Shown: one piece after another, positions 11,201 through 20,749 of the stretch | Layout of the letters: each line of letters opens with the position of its first letter | Position numbering within the stretch: position 1 is the first letter of the stretch | From: an uncultured Alistipes sp. | GTDB taxonomy: Bacteria > Bacteroidota > Bacteroidia > Bacteroidales > Rikenellaceae | Reading direction: 5' to 3' | Assembly (NCBI GenBank): GCA_964404645.1 | Contig: CAYOKU010000001.1 | Location: forward strand, 1 to 60,575 | DNA length: 60,575 nucleotides | Made by a program: the position numbers and the translations under genes | The notes under the pieces: generated by a model | What the model was told of the DNA's origin: nothing | The model's input: only the letters and a program-made list of their open reading frames with translations | Database searches by the model: none

Positions 11201-11804
11201 AGTAACGATAACCCGAGATGCGGGTATCGCCCTCCTGTTCGAGGTGCGTAGCGGTCGCTTTATCCCAACAGCCGCCGTTTTCAAGATCGAAAACCACCGC
11301 AGCCTCCTCCGATTGGGGGAAAGTATAGCGGTGCAGACCCACACGTGCCGTGGCGGTCATCTCGGCCGTAATGTCATAACGGGTCAGCGGCACGGAGTAA
11401 TAACCCGGACGTGCCACCTCTTTCGAGCGATCGGCATAAGACCACATGCCCGAAGCGGGATCGTTCTCCTCTCCGCGAGCATATTTCACCGTTCCGACCA
11501 CCGGCATCACCGTCACATCGAACAGATCGCCGATCCCCGTACCATTGAGATGAGTATGCGAAAAACCGATCACGGTCGAATCACTCTGGTGATAACCCGA
11601 ACACCAATCCCACGAAACGGGGATGCTTGTCGGGCCTACCTGCACGAATCCATAGGGGACATTCGCCCCTACGAACACGTGGCCGTGGCCACCGGTGCCG
11701 ATCTTGGGATCGACCCATTGCGTAAAATCGGTATCGGCAGGTGCTTTGGCCGTACAGGCCGCCAGGAAGAGCGCACCAGCCGTAAATAGATGTTTAAAAT
11801 TCAT
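8265..11804 (-). CDS. GH92 alpha-mannosidase fused to a C-terminal GH125 exo-alpha-1,6-mannosidase, lipoprotein
   Basis: GH92: SLWDTYR, EGNAWQY, HGNEPSHH, GNEDVGQMSAW; GH125: TGDIPAMWLRDS, ERKWEIDS, FRPSDD, MDDANVPSLL, HESF..FTRAWFAW; lipobox LAAC. Confidence 0.9.
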   Translation of the reverse strand: MNFKHLFTAGALFLAACTAKAPADTDFTQWVDPKIGTGGHGHVFVGANVPYGFVQVGPTSIPVSWDWCSGYHQSDSTVIGFSHTHLNGTGIGDLFDVTVMPVVGTVKYARGEENDPASGMWSYADRSKEVARPGYYSVPLTRYDITAEMTATARVGLHRYTFPQSEEAAVVFDLENGGCWDKATATHLEQEGDTRISGYRYSTGWAKDQRVYFVAEFSKPFTRFEVIDSARYGRVSFATAAGEQVLVKVALSPVSVEGAKANLAAELPDWDFETTRAAADKAWNAELGKVRVETQDATARKIFYTALYHTMIAPSVFCDTDGSYYGSDHQNHAPEGFVNYTTFSLWDTYRAAQPLMTLLHTDRMPDIINTMLKIYEQQGRLPVWHLMGNETDCMVGNPGICVVADAIVKGIPGFDREKAFEAIKATAMDRGRGGDLRQEYGYIPCDKMTESVAFDMEYAIADGAAAAAAQALGKSEDYAFFTARSHSYRHFFDPSTRFMRGVDSKGQFNTPFSPFSSSHRADDYCEGNAWQYTWLAPHDVEGLVGCFGTRKAFVEKLDSLFTVSSQLADDASPDISGLIGQYAHGNEPSHHILYLYTMVGQPWKTADKVREVLSTLYHDAPDGLSGNEDVGQMSAWYVLSSMGFYQVNPADGRYWFGSPLFDRVEIALPNGSFTITAHNNSADNKYIQSVLLNGKPYAKAYIDYRDIMAGGELTFEMGAEPRTWYCIDEPEEYLSQRPDVDKRVFTSEAVEAEIARISEQITDERLRWMFKNCFPNTLDTTVHAREDEEGQPDTYVYTGDIPAMWLRDSGAQVWPYVQFAPQDEKLRRMIAGVIRRQFKLITIDPYANAFNDGATGAGEDAAFYPQSPWVFERKWEIDSHCYPIRLAYHYWKTTGDTSVFDKHWQSAIAAIVKTMREQQRKEGLGPYTFLRVTDRQLDTKCTVGHGNPVRPVGLIASAFRPSDDATTFEFLIPSNFMAVSSLRKAAEILTATGDEQSLAGECRALADEVAAALKKEAVVEHPKYGKIYAFEVDGFGGRFLMDDANVPSLLAMAYLGDVDRKDPIYENTRRFVWSEDNPYFFRGAAGEGIGGPHIGVQMIWPMSIMMRAFTATDDQEIAESLRMLMRTDAGTGFMHESFHKDDASNFTRAWFAWQNTLFGELIVKLVNDGKINLLNTLNQ

Positions 11805-14048
11805 TTATCGTTGGTTTTGAAGTTCAAAAGTCAGTTTTTTGCCGCTGAGCAACTGGCTGTGGCTCACGCGGTAGGTGGAGAGCGACTTGCCGCCCAACGT
11901 CATACGTCCGATATAGATCGCATCGGCAGAGCGATGCTTCGACTCGATCGTGAGAATCCCTTTTGCAGTATCAATCTCGGCACGGTCGAAGGTAGGGCTT
12001 GTCAACGTATAGTAGGGTTCACCCGGGCAGTCGGGATAGAATCCCAACATCGAAAAGAGAGCCCACGCCGACATCGTACCCGTATCATCGTTACCGGGAA
12101 TACCATCGGGTCGTGTGGTGAAATGTTTTGCCAACAGCCGGTTTACCTCGCGCTGTGTACGCCACTCCTCGCCACGAAAACGGCTGAACAGATAGGGATA
12201 GGCAATATCGGGTTCGTTGGCTGGATCATACAGGCCTTGGTCAAAGACCATTTGCAACTTCTCGACAAAGTTGCGGCGACCGCCCATGAGCCGCGCCAAC
12301 CCCTCGACATCGTGAGGCACATAGAACGTATAGTTCCACGCCGTACCCTCGTGAAAACCCGGAGCCGGTTCGAAGTTCTCGCCGGCTTTGGGATCAAAGG
12401 GGGTCAAGAACGTACCCTGCTGTGTGATCGGACGCAACGTACCAAACTGTTTGTCGTAGTAGTGCTTATAGCCCAGCGAGCGCGAACGGAAAAGAGCTGC
12501 ATCTTCTCGCTTACCGAGCGAATCGGCCAACAGCGAGAGTGCATGATCGGCAATATAATATTCCAGCGCATGCGACACCGAGTTGTCGCCCGAAAGATCG
12601 GCAGCGTACATTCCCAGCGGCACATATCCCTTTTCGATATAGGGGTCGATGTCGGGGCGCATCTTATTTTGCGCGCCGGCTGTGGTCGCCGATTTGCGCA
12701 TGGCGGTGTAGGCCGCCTCCATATCGAAATCACGCAACCCCTTCATCCAGCTATCCACCAAGACAGGGATCGAAGGGTCGCCCTCCATCGTAAAGGTTTC
12801 GCGCCCGTAAAGTTCCCATTTAGGCAACCAACCCCACTCCTTCGACATATCGACCATCGAGCGCAGCATATCGGCTTGCCGTTCGGGATATACCAACGTA
12901 AGAAGTTGGTGCAGATTGCGATAGGTATCCCACAACGAAAAAACCGTATAGCGGGTATAGTCTGCTCGACGGATCTCTCCGCTCTCCATAGCCGGATATT
13001 CACCATTGACATCGCTCAACACATTGGGGTGGATCAGCGCATGGTACAATGCCGTATAGAATACCGTCTGCTGTTTGGGTGTACCTCCCTCGATTCGAAT
13101 ACGCCCAAGATCGCTATTCCAACGAGCATGAGCCGCCTCACGAAGTTGCTCAAAGGTGAGCGACTGTTGCTCGGCATCGAGGTTCATACGCGCATTCTCG
13201 GTCGATACCATCGACACCCCCATGCGCACCTCAATCTCTTCACCGGCTGCAAGATCCTCGAACGTAAACCAATAACCCACATCATCGCCCGCGAGTTCCT
13301 TGGCGTAAGAGGTGTAGAGTTTATAACCGCCCGCATCCTTATCCCACGCAGCCTCAACCCCCGTTTTCGGCGGTTGCTTCTTCCAGTAGCCGGCCGATGT
13401 TGGGCGTTTCGACACACGCATCACAAAATAGAGCGGAAAAACCGCTTGCGGATTGTAGCAGAAGGTCCCCATGAGTTTCATTCCCTCAATCTCAGTGGCA
13501 CTCACACGGCGCACCATTGCCCCCGACTCATTGGTCAACCCTTCGCCAAGGTTCAAGAGAATATGTCCCTCGCCAGCCGGAAACGTGTAGCGTTCAGCCG
13601 ATGAGCGCATCGTTGCGGTCGCCTCAGCACAGATATCATACTTGGTCAGCATCACACCGTAATAACCTGGCGTAGAGGCCTCCTCGGTATAGGCCGAACC
13701 GTATTTTCGGTAATCTACCTCCAATGCACCGGTGGTTGGCATCACCAACAAAGAGCCCAAATCGGGACACCCCACACCACTCAGCGCCACATGGGCAAAG
13801 CCCGTAAAAAACGAATTGTGGTATTCGTAAGGAGTTGACCACCAACGCGCATCCTTATCGTAACGATTCTCGGCTGAGCCCATGACGTTAAATGGCGTGA
13901 CGGACATCATGCCATTGGGACAGAGTGCTCCCGGGTTGGTCGTCCCGAAGTTGGTCGTCCCGATAAAGGGGTCGACCCATTCGGCCGGAGTTTTCGCTTG
14001 CACGCCGAGGGTCAGCCACGCGGCGGCCAGCAGAGCGAGCATTTTCAT
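11805..14048 (-). CDS. GH92 alpha-mannosidase, periplasmic
   Basis: VDPFIGT, SLWDTYR, HEGTAWNY, ANEPD, GNDDTGTMSAW; signal peptide. Confidence 0.92.
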   Translation of the reverse strand: MKMLALLAAAWLTLGVQAKTPAEWVDPFIGTTNFGTTNPGALCPNGMMSVTPFNVMGSAENRYDKDARWWSTPYEYHNSFFTGFAHVALSGVGCPDLGSLLVMPTTGALEVDYRKYGSAYTEEASTPGYYGVMLTKYDICAEATATMRSSAERYTFPAGEGHILLNLGEGLTNESGAMVRRVSATEIEGMKLMGTFCYNPQAVFPLYFVMRVSKRPTSAGYWKKQPPKTGVEAAWDKDAGGYKLYTSYAKELAGDDVGYWFTFEDLAAGEEIEVRMGVSMVSTENARMNLDAEQQSLTFEQLREAAHARWNSDLGRIRIEGGTPKQQTVFYTALYHALIHPNVLSDVNGEYPAMESGEIRRADYTRYTVFSLWDTYRNLHQLLTLVYPERQADMLRSMVDMSKEWGWLPKWELYGRETFTMEGDPSIPVLVDSWMKGLRDFDMEAAYTAMRKSATTAGAQNKMRPDIDPYIEKGYVPLGMYAADLSGDNSVSHALEYYIADHALSLLADSLGKREDAALFRSRSLGYKHYYDKQFGTLRPITQQGTFLTPFDPKAGENFEPAPGFHEGTAWNYTFYVPHDVEGLARLMGGRRNFVEKLQMVFDQGLYDPANEPDIAYPYLFSRFRGEEWRTQREVNRLLAKHFTTRPDGIPGNDDTGTMSAWALFSMLGFYPDCPGEPYYTLTSPTFDRAEIDTAKGILTIESKHRSADAIYIGRMTLGGKSLSTYRVSHSQLLSGKKLTFELQNQR

Positions 14049-14051
14049 GGT

Positions 14052-15059
14052 TTAGAGAATATTATTTTTCTTTGTAAACTCGATAATTTCGTCAATGTAG
14101 CCGAATGCCAATCCTGTGACCGTGTCGGCACATCCGTAATAGACCGCCACACGTCCCGTTTCGGGATCGTGCAGAGCCGCACACGGAAAGGTTACATTGG
14201 GCACATCGCCCATGCATTCATAGCTCTCGCGCGGCGAGATGAGGTACGGGCCACTACGGGCGATCACCTTCCACGGCTCATCCAAATCGAGCAAAGCCGA
14301 GCCAAACGCATAGACATAACCGTTGCACGAGTGAAGCACACCGTGATAGAAGAGTAACCAACCCTCGCTCGTCTCGATCGGCACAGGACCTGCACCGATC
14401 TTCATGCACTGCCAAGCACTCTTCTCGAAGGCAGCGGGAGCCATTACATGACGGTGGCGACCCCAATAGACCATATCAGGCGATTCCGAGTAGAAAATAT
14501 CCCCGAACGGCGTATGTCCCGTGTCGCTCGGACGCGACAACATGGCGTATTTGCCGTTAATCAATCGCGGAAAGAGTACGCCGTTGCGGTTGTAGGGCAG
14601 AAAGGCATTCTCCTCTTGGTGAAAAGTTTCGAAATCGGTTGTCCATGCGATACCGATCGTTGGGCCGTGGTAACCGTTGCACCACGTCACATAATACTTA
14701 TCGCCGATCTTCGCCACACGCGGATCGTATCCATAGACCCACTCCGCGATCTCGGCATCACCGCCCGTCACCGCGAAATCAGCCTCGTCAATCTCCCAGC
14801 TAATGCCATCGACCGAGTACCCCACATGAATACGCATGCGACGGTTTGTATCATCGCAGCGGAAAACTCCGGCGTAGTTATACTTCCCCTTCTTGAACGG
14901 GACAACCGCCGAGTTAAAGATCGAGTTAGAGGTCGAGAGCAGATCACGCGGAATAATCGGATTCTCCGAGTAACGCCACATCGGGGCATTGGAACCGGCA
15001 GGACGATCCTGCCACGGCATTTCGGGCAACGCTTGGCCCATGATTCTTAGATTTTTCAT
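14052..15059 (-). CDS. GH130 beta-mannoside phosphorylase (likely Man-beta-1,4-GlcNAc phosphorylase)
   Basis: [55 protein letters not shown]; start placed at the ATG just after the MFS stop. Confidence 0.88.
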   Translation of the reverse strand: MKNLRIMGQALPEMPWQDRPAGSNAPMWRYSENPIIPRDLLSTSNSIFNSAVVPFKKGKYNYAGVFRCDDTNRRMRIHVGYSVDGISWEIDEADFAVTGGDAEIAEWVYGYDPRVAKIGDKYYVTWCNGYHGPTIGIAWTTDFETFHQEENAFLPYNRNGVLFPRLINGKYAMLSRPSDTGHTPFGDIFYSESPDMVYWGRHRHVMAPAAFEKSAWQCMKIGAGPVPIETSEGWLLFYHGVLHSCNGYVYAFGSALLDLDEPWKVIARSGPYLISPRESYECMGDVPNVTFPCAALHDPETGRVAVYYGCADTVTGLAFGYIDEIIEFTKKNNIL

Positions 15060-15060
15060 A

Positions 15061-16359
15061 CTATTTTTTTGGTTTTTCGTCATACGTAAAGGGCACAAAC
15101 CACGTGATTACGAAGGCCGGAATGGTGGCAATCATCACCGCAATAAAGAAATGCCCATACCCCAGCCAATCGCTCAGATAACCCGAAAATGCTCCGGTCA
15201 CCATCACCGAAAGATTCATAATTCCCGTAGCAAAGGCGTAGTGCGCCATTTGATGCTTGCCGGGGGCTACCTGCTGCATCATAAAAAGGGTCAAACCCAC
15301 GAAACCGAATCCGTAGCCGAAATACTCCAACACAATGCCGCCACCGACCAACCACATGGATGTCGGCTGCGCCCACGCCAGAAAAGCATAGACGGCAAAC
15401 GGAATGTTAAAGACACAGCATAGGGTGAAAAGCGTGCGTTTAAGACCGAAATGCGCGATATAATAACCGGCCAGAATCGAGCCTACAAGGAATGCCGCCG
15501 CTCCGAACGATCCGTAATAGAGGCCGATCTGCTGATTAGTCAGCCCCAACCCTCCTGAGGCGGTATCTGTTTTGAGAAACAACGGTACGATCTTCATCAC
15601 AAAGCCCTCTCCCAGGCGATAAAGGATGATAAAAGCGATGTAGTACCAGATATGTTTTTTGGTGAAAAATGCAGCGATAATCTCTTTCAACGCGCGCAGA
15701 CCATCGCCGAGCGAATTACCACTTGCGGCCGACACCCCTGCGGGCAATACGCGGCTGTGATAGAATCCCAAAGCAAGCAACAGCATCGAAAGAATCGTCA
15801 ACACCACCGTCCACGACTGCACATAACCTTCAAATTGCGAGGCTCCGGCGGCACTCGCCCGCTCGTAGAGCCAACCTGCCATCCAAACCAGACCGCCCGT
15901 GGCCAACAATTTGGCCAGATTATAGAAAGCTCCTTGCCAACCAATGTACTTGGCTTGATCTTCGGTCGAAAGTTCAGCCATATAGACTCCATCGGCCGCA
16001 ATATCGTGGGTTGCTCCGCTAAATGCCACCACAGCAAAGACAGCGACCGTCACCGCAAAAAAGGTCGGCATGTGCAACGCCAAGGCCGCCAAACCGAACA
16101 ACAAACCGCTGGCGAGCTGTGTCGCAACAACAAAGAATTTTTTGGTGCGGAAAAGTTCCAGAAAGGGGCTCCACAGAAATTTAATTGTCCACGGCCACAT
16201 AATGAGCGATGTCCAGAAGGCAATTTGGGCATCGGAGATTCCCAAATCCTTGAACATCACGGCAGAAACCATATTGAGCACCACAAACGGAAGACCCATG
16301 GCAAAGTACAACGATGGAACCCAACGCAAGGGTGATCCAGAAGAGAGAGGTTTTTTCAT
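15061..16359 (-). CDS. AmpG-like MFS transporter (PUL sugar importer)
   Basis: [21 protein letters not shown], many transmembrane segments; adjacent to GH130. Confidence 0.85.
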   Translation of the reverse strand: MKKPLSSGSPLRWVPSLYFAMGLPFVVLNMVSAVMFKDLGISDAQIAFWTSLIMWPWTIKFLWSPFLELFRTKKFFVVATQLASGLLFGLAALALHMPTFFAVTVAVFAVVAFSGATHDIAADGVYMAELSTEDQAKYIGWQGAFYNLAKLLATGGLVWMAGWLYERASAAGASQFEGYVQSWTVVLTILSMLLLALGFYHSRVLPAGVSAASGNSLGDGLRALKEIIAAFFTKKHIWYYIAFIILYRLGEGFVMKIVPLFLKTDTASGGLGLTNQQIGLYYGSFGAAAFLVGSILAGYYIAHFGLKRTLFTLCCVFNIPFAVYAFLAWAQPTSMWLVGGGIVLEYFGYGFGFVGLTLFMMQQVAPGKHQMAHYAFATGIMNLSVMVTGAFSGYLSDWLGYGHFFIAVMIATIPAFVITWFVPFTYDEKPKK

Positions 16360-16394
16360 CAAAATAGTTGGTTAGCTGGTTGTGTATGTTGGTA

Positions 16395-16402
16395 CAAAGG
16401 TA
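16395..16402 (-). promoter_or_regulatory. Sigma-A -7 element for the MFS-GH130-GH92 unit
   Basis: TACCTTTG about 35 nt upstream of the ATG. Confidence 0.6.
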
Positions 16403-16541
16403 CGAAAAAACGCTAAAAAACCGTCATTCGAAGGTCATTTACACAAAATATAGGTCCTGTGAAACACCTTCACTTATATATATAACAACTCAGCAGCAAA
16501 ATGTACTAACCCAATCTGTATTTTTTATCCACAAAAAAAGT

Positions 16542-16583
16542 AAAAAACGTGCAGCCGTAGGCATTTCGGCCTGCGGCTGCACG
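16542..16583 (-). terminator. Intrinsic terminator ending the susC-led unit
   Basis: CGTGCAGCCGCAGGC...GCCTACGGCTGCACG followed by TTTTTT on the minus strand. Confidence 0.85.
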
Positions 16584-16605
16584 GATTAAACTCAACAGGA
16601 CGGGG

Positions 16606-18111
16606 TTATTTGTAGGAGATAACTGCGCCTGCGGTATAGCTCATATTCTCAACAGTTTGACCTGTTTTGAGATAAATAGTCTTCAACACATCGGCCTTAC
16701 GTTTCGCTGCAAGAGTTTTAAGTTTGGGGCATCCCGAAATATCAATTGTATGCAAAACGTCTTTATCCCAGGTTGATGACGGATTGAGATTCAACGATTC
16801 AAGATTATCCGATACAACCGTAAACGTTTCAGATGCAATCTCTTCCCATGTAATGATATCGTAAACACCTAAATAACCAAATGCTAACGAAGTAATCGGA
16901 TTGTCACCCAAAATTACCCGTTCGACAGCTTGCGAATTGGCACTGAGCGATGTAACCTTATGCAATTTACTAAGATCAATCTCAGACAACTTATTGTTAG
17001 GAACTGAAATCTTTTCCAGATTCGGGAAATTCTCAATACCAGCCAACGAACCCATTTTTTGACCGTAGTATCCCGGATTATAAGTAAATTGTGTTGCGGC
17101 TACACCCTTATCTGTTAAAAGGCATTCTGTTCCTGCTAACGCAATAATCCAACCAAATTCGTTCAGTTTCTTGCGGAAAATAGGATCCGGAATTTGAACA
17201 GTCTTCGCATTCGGATCTTTTTGAAGAATCGAAACAACGATTGGATCCCGAAATCCTGCACCTTGAATTGAGATAGAAGCACCACGAGCCGGAACATCCG
17301 ATGGTAAAGCCTCAATCGCGAAGGTCAGCTTTTTAGTCTCGGCAGCGCGCGTTTCAACTTGTTTAACCCAAGTCTGACTACTTTCGACTGTGTAAGTCAC
17401 ATTGGTAAGCATCTCCAATTCAATAGTTTGTGCAGCTACTCCGATTTCGTATGCCGTCTTTTTGACACCAAGCGTATCCACCTGTTTCTGCATAACCGTC
17501 ACCGGAATATCCTGTCCACCGCCAGAAATCGTCAATTTGGTCGTTCTCGGACTATAATCCACATTCTTCTTTACATCAAAATGCAACAAGACTGAACCAC
17601 CCAAGCCGCTCGTGCGCTCTTTGAACGCAACCCACTTATCACCACCATCCGAGAAGGAATATGCCAACTCCGGAATATTAGTTCTGGTTTTGAGTACAAT
17701 AGTACCTGCTGTACGATCTAATGTCATCTCTGCGGCAGAAAGTAACTCTAACACAGAGCCTGGACTTGAAATAATATTAACCGGCACAACAGAAGATCCT
17801 GTAAAAATCTTAAATGTCGCTTCTCTCTGCGCATCGGTCAGGTTCGGATCAACCGTAAAGGTTATCTTATCTCCACTTTTTCCGGATTCTGCCGAAGGTC
17901 GTGCCCAATCACACACACCCGAAACACGCCACGGACCAGAACTGGTCACCTCAACCTCGGCCGTACCTCCTGCCTCAGGCATAGTAATTATATCCTGCGA
18001 CACCTTAATTTGGTCGCGCGAGCTATCAGCTTCGCTCTTATCATCTGTGCAGCCACCTAATACAAAAGCAGATGCCGCAAATGCTATCATTAAATTTTTT
18101 ATAGTTTTCAT
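16606..18111 (-). CDS. Surface lipoprotein with BACON-like repeats and a C-terminal leucine-rich-repeat region
   Basis: Lipobox LGGC; VTSSGPW..DWAR, TNVTYTVESSQTWV; IPDPIFRKKL and LAGIENFPNLEKISVPNNKLSEIDLS. Confidence 0.7.
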   Translation of the reverse strand: MKTIKNLMIAFAASAFVLGGCTDDKSEADSSRDQIKVSQDIITMPEAGGTAEVEVTSSGPWRVSGVCDWARPSAESGKSGDKITFTVDPNLTDAQREATFKIFTGSSVVPVNIISSPGSVLELLSAAEMTLDRTAGTIVLKTRTNIPELAYSFSDGGDKWVAFKERTSGLGGSVLLHFDVKKNVDYSPRTTKLTISGGGQDIPVTVMQKQVDTLGVKKTAYEIGVAAQTIELEMLTNVTYTVESSQTWVKQVETRAAETKKLTFAIEALPSDVPARGASISIQGAGFRDPIVVSILQKDPNAKTVQIPDPIFRKKLNEFGWIIALAGTECLLTDKGVAATQFTYNPGYYGQKMGSLAGIENFPNLEKISVPNNKLSEIDLSKLHKVTSLSANSQAVERVILGDNPITSLAFGYLGVYDIITWEEIASETFTVVSDNLESLNLNPSSTWDKDVLHTIDISGCPKLKTLAAKRKADVLKTIYLKTGQTVENMSYTAGAVISYK

Positions 18112-18119
18112 ACTTTCTA

Positions 18120-19544
18120 CTATAATTTATAACGTGTCGTATCGTTTTTCTTGTAGTAATGTGTCGGATAAACCACCTCGTCATCGTAATTGCCTCGGCT
18201 GGCTTCTTGCACACGACCTACCTGGTAAGAGTATTTACTCGGGTCAAGCGCAAAAAACATATAGTATCCATACCCTTGGTTTCTACGTTCGCGAGCGGTT
18301 TCTTCGCTTTCATCACCGCTTCCACGCGCCAGTTCAATCGACATTCCGGAACAGTTCTTTTTGGTCATTCCCTTCATCGGCTGTGCATAACCACCATAGT
18401 CAGCCACGGCATAATCGACAAACTCGCTCGGCATAACACCATCAACGACCTCAATGTTCGAATAAATCGTACCCAGATAGTACACCATAACGGTTTTATC
18501 CGGCATTGCACGTTTGCTTTCATACAGTAGACGGCTGGCCGCCGTAACAGACACGGGAGCAAAAAGCGGATTTGAAAGATCGGGAGCATTAGAATACTCA
18601 TCATCATAGCCAACTCCATCCAGATTGTAAGCATAGCATATCGAAGCCAAATCCTGCGCAAACATCATAGATCCGAGAGATGATAACTGACCCACACCCG
18701 ACTCATCGTGATTGCCCAGAATACCCAGAATCACTTTGATCCCTCGCTTACGCAAAGGCTGTAAATACTCATCGTTATGATCGAGCAGGAATTGTACATT
18801 GGGGTTATTGTAGACATACACGCGCCCTGTTTCGCGATTGTAGTTCATATTGGCCGAGAAAAGCACTACCTCATCAAAAAGCAGTTTCCCGCTATTTTTC
18901 AAAGCGAACTCCAATGCATTGAGGGGATTAACATCATTGACCTCAAAATAAAGAACCGTCTTGATCGCATCCTTACCCTTATGACAATCGCTCAAACCAC
19001 GATAGTTTTTCACCAACAAGACAGCATGTTGTGCCGCCTCCGAAAGGGTGATACCTTCGGTAACAGAGGTCGCTTTGAGTGGAATAGCATAGGTAACATC
19101 GGCTTGAATTGCATCCGAAGCCTTGATCGTCACACCCAGACCTATCGAAGTTTTCTCATCGGGTGCCAACAACAATGCACCGTCATGAGCGATCGTAACC
19201 AATTCGGCCGGATAGAGTTCGAACGCGGTATTATGCGCCGCATTATAGGTTTCGAGATAGGCGGGATCAATGGCGACCTTCACATCAACACCCTTCTTCG
19301 GAAGTTGTGTCAGGCGAAAATAGACATTGGTCGTATAGCTATCACCACGCAATTCAACTACGGACTGGTTTTTGTTGGTTGCTTGGTCGAGCAACATGCC
19401 ATCCACACGGGTTGCCGCTTCGTAAGCCCCCTCATCCACGTTCCGTCCGATTTCAATGTCGTCCGTACACGACACCGCCAAAGCCGCACAAGCTACTCCG
19501 ACTACCGGAAGAAAGTTTCGCTTAAAATATCCTATAAGATTCAT
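18120..19544 (-). CDS. GH18 endo-beta-N-acetylglucosaminidase with N-terminal DUF1735-like domain (EndoBT-3987-like), lipoprotein
   Basis: EVNDVNPLN, LFSANMNY, ILGNHD, LDGVGYDDEY catalytic motif; lipobox AVSC. Confidence 0.85.
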   Translation of the reverse strand: MNLIGYFKRNFLPVVGVACAALAVSCTDDIEIGRNVDEGAYEAATRVDGMLLDQATNKNQSVVELRGDSYTTNVYFRLTQLPKKGVDVKVAIDPAYLETYNAAHNTAFELYPAELVTIAHDGALLLAPDEKTSIGLGVTIKASDAIQADVTYAIPLKATSVTEGITLSEAAQHAVLLVKNYRGLSDCHKGKDAIKTVLYFEVNDVNPLNALEFALKNSGKLLFDEVVLFSANMNYNRETGRVYVYNNPNVQFLLDHNDEYLQPLRKRGIKVILGILGNHDESGVGQLSSLGSMMFAQDLASICYAYNLDGVGYDDEYSNAPDLSNPLFAPVSVTAASRLLYESKRAMPDKTVMVYYLGTIYSNIEVVDGVMPSEFVDYAVADYGGYAQPMKGMTKKNCSGMSIELARGSGDESEETARERRNQGYGYYMFFALDPSKYSYQVGRVQEASRGNYDDEVVYPTHYYKKNDTTRYKL

Positions 19545-19569
19545 AATTATCAGTAATTATCGGTTAGAC

Positions 19570-20742
19570 TTAATTCTTTTCAGGGAGTGACACCGGTGTC
19601 CATTTCGGCATTTTACTCATCGACAAATCGTTGCCGTTGCTGGTCTTATCTTTAATAACTGCTCCGGCTCCCTCATCGAATTTCCAGTAGGCCACCAATC
19701 CGCTTGATGCGGGATCAACCTCATAAAAATGGCCAGCAGCGTTAATTTCGGCAGCACTCAACGCTTTATTCCAGATACGCACCTCCGAGATACGACCATC
19801 CAAATCACGATCATCATTGTAGGAGTAGCCGATCCAGAAACAGCGCGGAAGACCATTATCTTCGTTCGAATGCGCTACACCGAAGTTTACGGTTGTAACA
19901 CCCGCATTACCGGATAGCTTCTCAACCCCGTTCACATAGACCTTTACAGCTCCTGTTGCAAAGGTCACGGCCACATGATACCATTTGTTAGCATCAAATT
20001 TCAAATTGCCGTTCGTCAGATTCGAACGCGAAGCAACCTGCAACTGATTTGGATCAACACCCGCATCACCGAAACGCACCAGGAATTTACCTTCAATACC
20101 CATTAGGGTAGAGATCTGCTTGTTGAATTTATTGCCGTAGACCAGTGCTTCGAGGGTAAAAAACTCCATATTAGTCACCGGAGCAGCTTTTTTCCAATCG
20201 GGCCAAACGCGTGAACCGGCAATGTCGGCCACCACATTAATCAGGGCTGCACCCTTGAAGATGTAGTAGAGCGAGCGAGCACTCGACAGCGCATCAATAC
20301 CTGTTACCGAAGCAATGGTGACCGGTAATACATAGCGCGTATCGCGATCCAATTCGTTCAGATCGACAAATTGAAGTGTCAGCGGGGTGCTGACCACACT
20401 TCCGGCTTGGATTTTAGTATCAGTAGCCGCCATTGCATAGTTCTTTTCGGGCAGCAACACAGCAGCCTCATCGTAGTATGCTTTGCGGTAGGTGTCAAGC
20501 AATTCGGGAGCCACCTTCAACGATACGGCGATATCGTGAGTTTCGGGTTTAGCAATACCCACCGTAATATCGCGCGACGCGGTGGTCGTGCTGGCTTTTA
20601 CCAACAGCTCATCGGTGAATTTCGTGCCGGAGATAAAGAGCTTGTTATCGTAGTGATGCTGCTCCAAATCCTCGTTCTTGCACCCTGCCAGCGCAAGGGC
20701 TGCAAAGGCAAAAAGGGCGATGTATTTCAAATTCTGTTTCAT
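19570..20742 (-). CDS. DUF1735 plus LamG/ConA-like surface glycan-binding lipoprotein
   Basis: Lipobox LAGC; YVLPVTI; KWYHVAVTF, DGRISEVRIWNKALS, LVAYWKFDEG. Confidence 0.8.
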   Translation of the reverse strand: MKQNLKYIALFAFAALALAGCKNEDLEQHHYDNKLFISGTKFTDELLVKASTTTASRDITVGIAKPETHDIAVSLKVAPELLDTYRKAYYDEAAVLLPEKNYAMAATDTKIQAGSVVSTPLTLQFVDLNELDRDTRYVLPVTIASVTGIDALSSARSLYYIFKGAALINVVADIAGSRVWPDWKKAAPVTNMEFFTLEALVYGNKFNKQISTLMGIEGKFLVRFGDAGVDPNQLQVASRSNLTNGNLKFDANKWYHVAVTFATGAVKVYVNGVEKLSGNAGVTTVNFGVAHSNEDNGLPRCFWIGYSYNDDRDLDGRISEVRIWNKALSAAEINAAGHFYEVDPASSGLVAYWKFDEGAGAVIKDKTSNGNDLSMSKMPKWTPVSLPEKN

Positions 20743-20749
20743 GACTCAA

